Position numbers and translations under genes: made by a program. This document shows, piece by piece, positions 63,251 to 64,000 of a stretch of DNA of 64,000 bases. Position 1 is the first letter of the stretch, and each line of letters starts with the position of its first letter. The stretch is from Phoronis australis (taxonomy: Eukaryota; Animalia; Phoronida). Location: the NCBI GenBank assembly GCA_002633005.1, contig NMRA01000011.1, forward strand, positions 842,855-906,854. Reading direction: 5' to 3'. The notes below the pieces were generated by a model that worked only from the letters and a program-made list of their open reading frames with translations, was not told where the DNA came from and searched no databases.

Positions 63251-63805
63251 TTGCACAATAAAATAGCTGAGCTGAAGGGGTCTTTATTTTAAAGTTGACA
63301 CTTCAGAAGTGCAGGATTTGGCTGCAGCATTTGTTGTAGGGTAGCAGTTGAATTTCCAGATAGGTTGGATTTTGCCTTACCTGTCTTAATTGTTTTAGTC
63401 CAGTTGGACTAGTCTTCTTAGGGAGGGACCCTTATGCAGTAATGCCACATGTGAACTCAATGCCCAGAATGGCAATCATAATTGAATGATTGAAGTAGCT
63501 ACACTGACAGATAGGGGGTGCTGCAGTACATTCAACCAAATGTTGTAAAGATGATAACATGTTCACCATGTTCTACCTCAGTGGTGTGCTCAAAGTAAGA
63601 TCTGTTTCTACGCAGCTGCAATCATGAGTGTTGTTATCTTGTGCCTTGTTTAGGTTGACTCGTCTCTATGAATGACAGCTGGCTACTGACACGTGTGATT
63701 GATGGACTTGCGTGCTTTTACATGTCAGAGACATCTCGGGAGGATGCCTAAAGCATTGTTGAAGGTTCACCAAGTCACTTGACAGATTCACAGTACATTG
63801 TCGTC

Positions 63806-63878
63806 TTTGTAATTGTATCTTTGTATATGTATCTTTGTAATTGTATCTTTGTAATTGTATCTTTGTAATTGTATCTTT
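63806..63878. repeat. 14-bp tandem repeat x5 (ctttgtaattgtat) abutting a 3' splice site
   Basis: Direct reading. Confidence 0.85.
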
Positions 63879-63894
63879 GGTTTTTGTTTTTCAG

Positions 63895-64000
63895 CTTTAG
63901 AGATGGTGCACTCTCCCTCGTCAGGAACCAATGATGTCAGCTTAAACAGCACATCCGCTGACTTTTCATCTCAAGATTTAGAAACTCTCCCTCCATCTGT
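63895..64000 (+). CDS. Candidate exon of a fourth gene (MVHSPSSGTNDVSLNSTSADFSSQDLETLPPS...), truncated by window edge
   Basis: Strong polypyrimidine tract + cag at 63894, ATG 63903, frame open to the end; no recognisable domain. Confidence 0.45.

Overview
AT-rich, intron-rich animal (probably marine invertebrate) genomic DNA with one 547-N assembly gap (15597-16143); almost all ORF-track entries are spurious. Manual splicing gives three genes whose reading frames close consistently: (1) the 5' part of a Vac8-like armadillo-repeat gene on the minus strand (ATG 19595, runs off the left edge; probable first exon near 34.76 kb), (2) a complete 11-exon BCLAF1/THRAP3-like RS-rich gene on the plus strand (35101-46431, 589 aa), head-to-head with gene 1, and (3) a complete ZC2HC1A-like C2HC zinc-finger gene on the minus strand (60858-49655, 431 aa with a 15-nt microexon), tail-to-tail with gene 2; a possible fourth gene starts at the right edge. 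Introns hold many non-autonomous mobile elements (Kolobok with THAP, MULE foldback, Harbinger, Tc1/mariner-type with a HIRAN-like fragment, tRNA SINEs). Most unusual: (a) three independent tandem arrays built from copies of exon-intron junctions, creating stacks of decoy splice sites, and (b) two nests of miniature LTR retroelements with tRNA-like Pol III promoters in their LTRs, where the inner copy is inserted antisense at the 5'LTR/PBS boundary of the outer copy both times. All calls are by eye; no database search was run.
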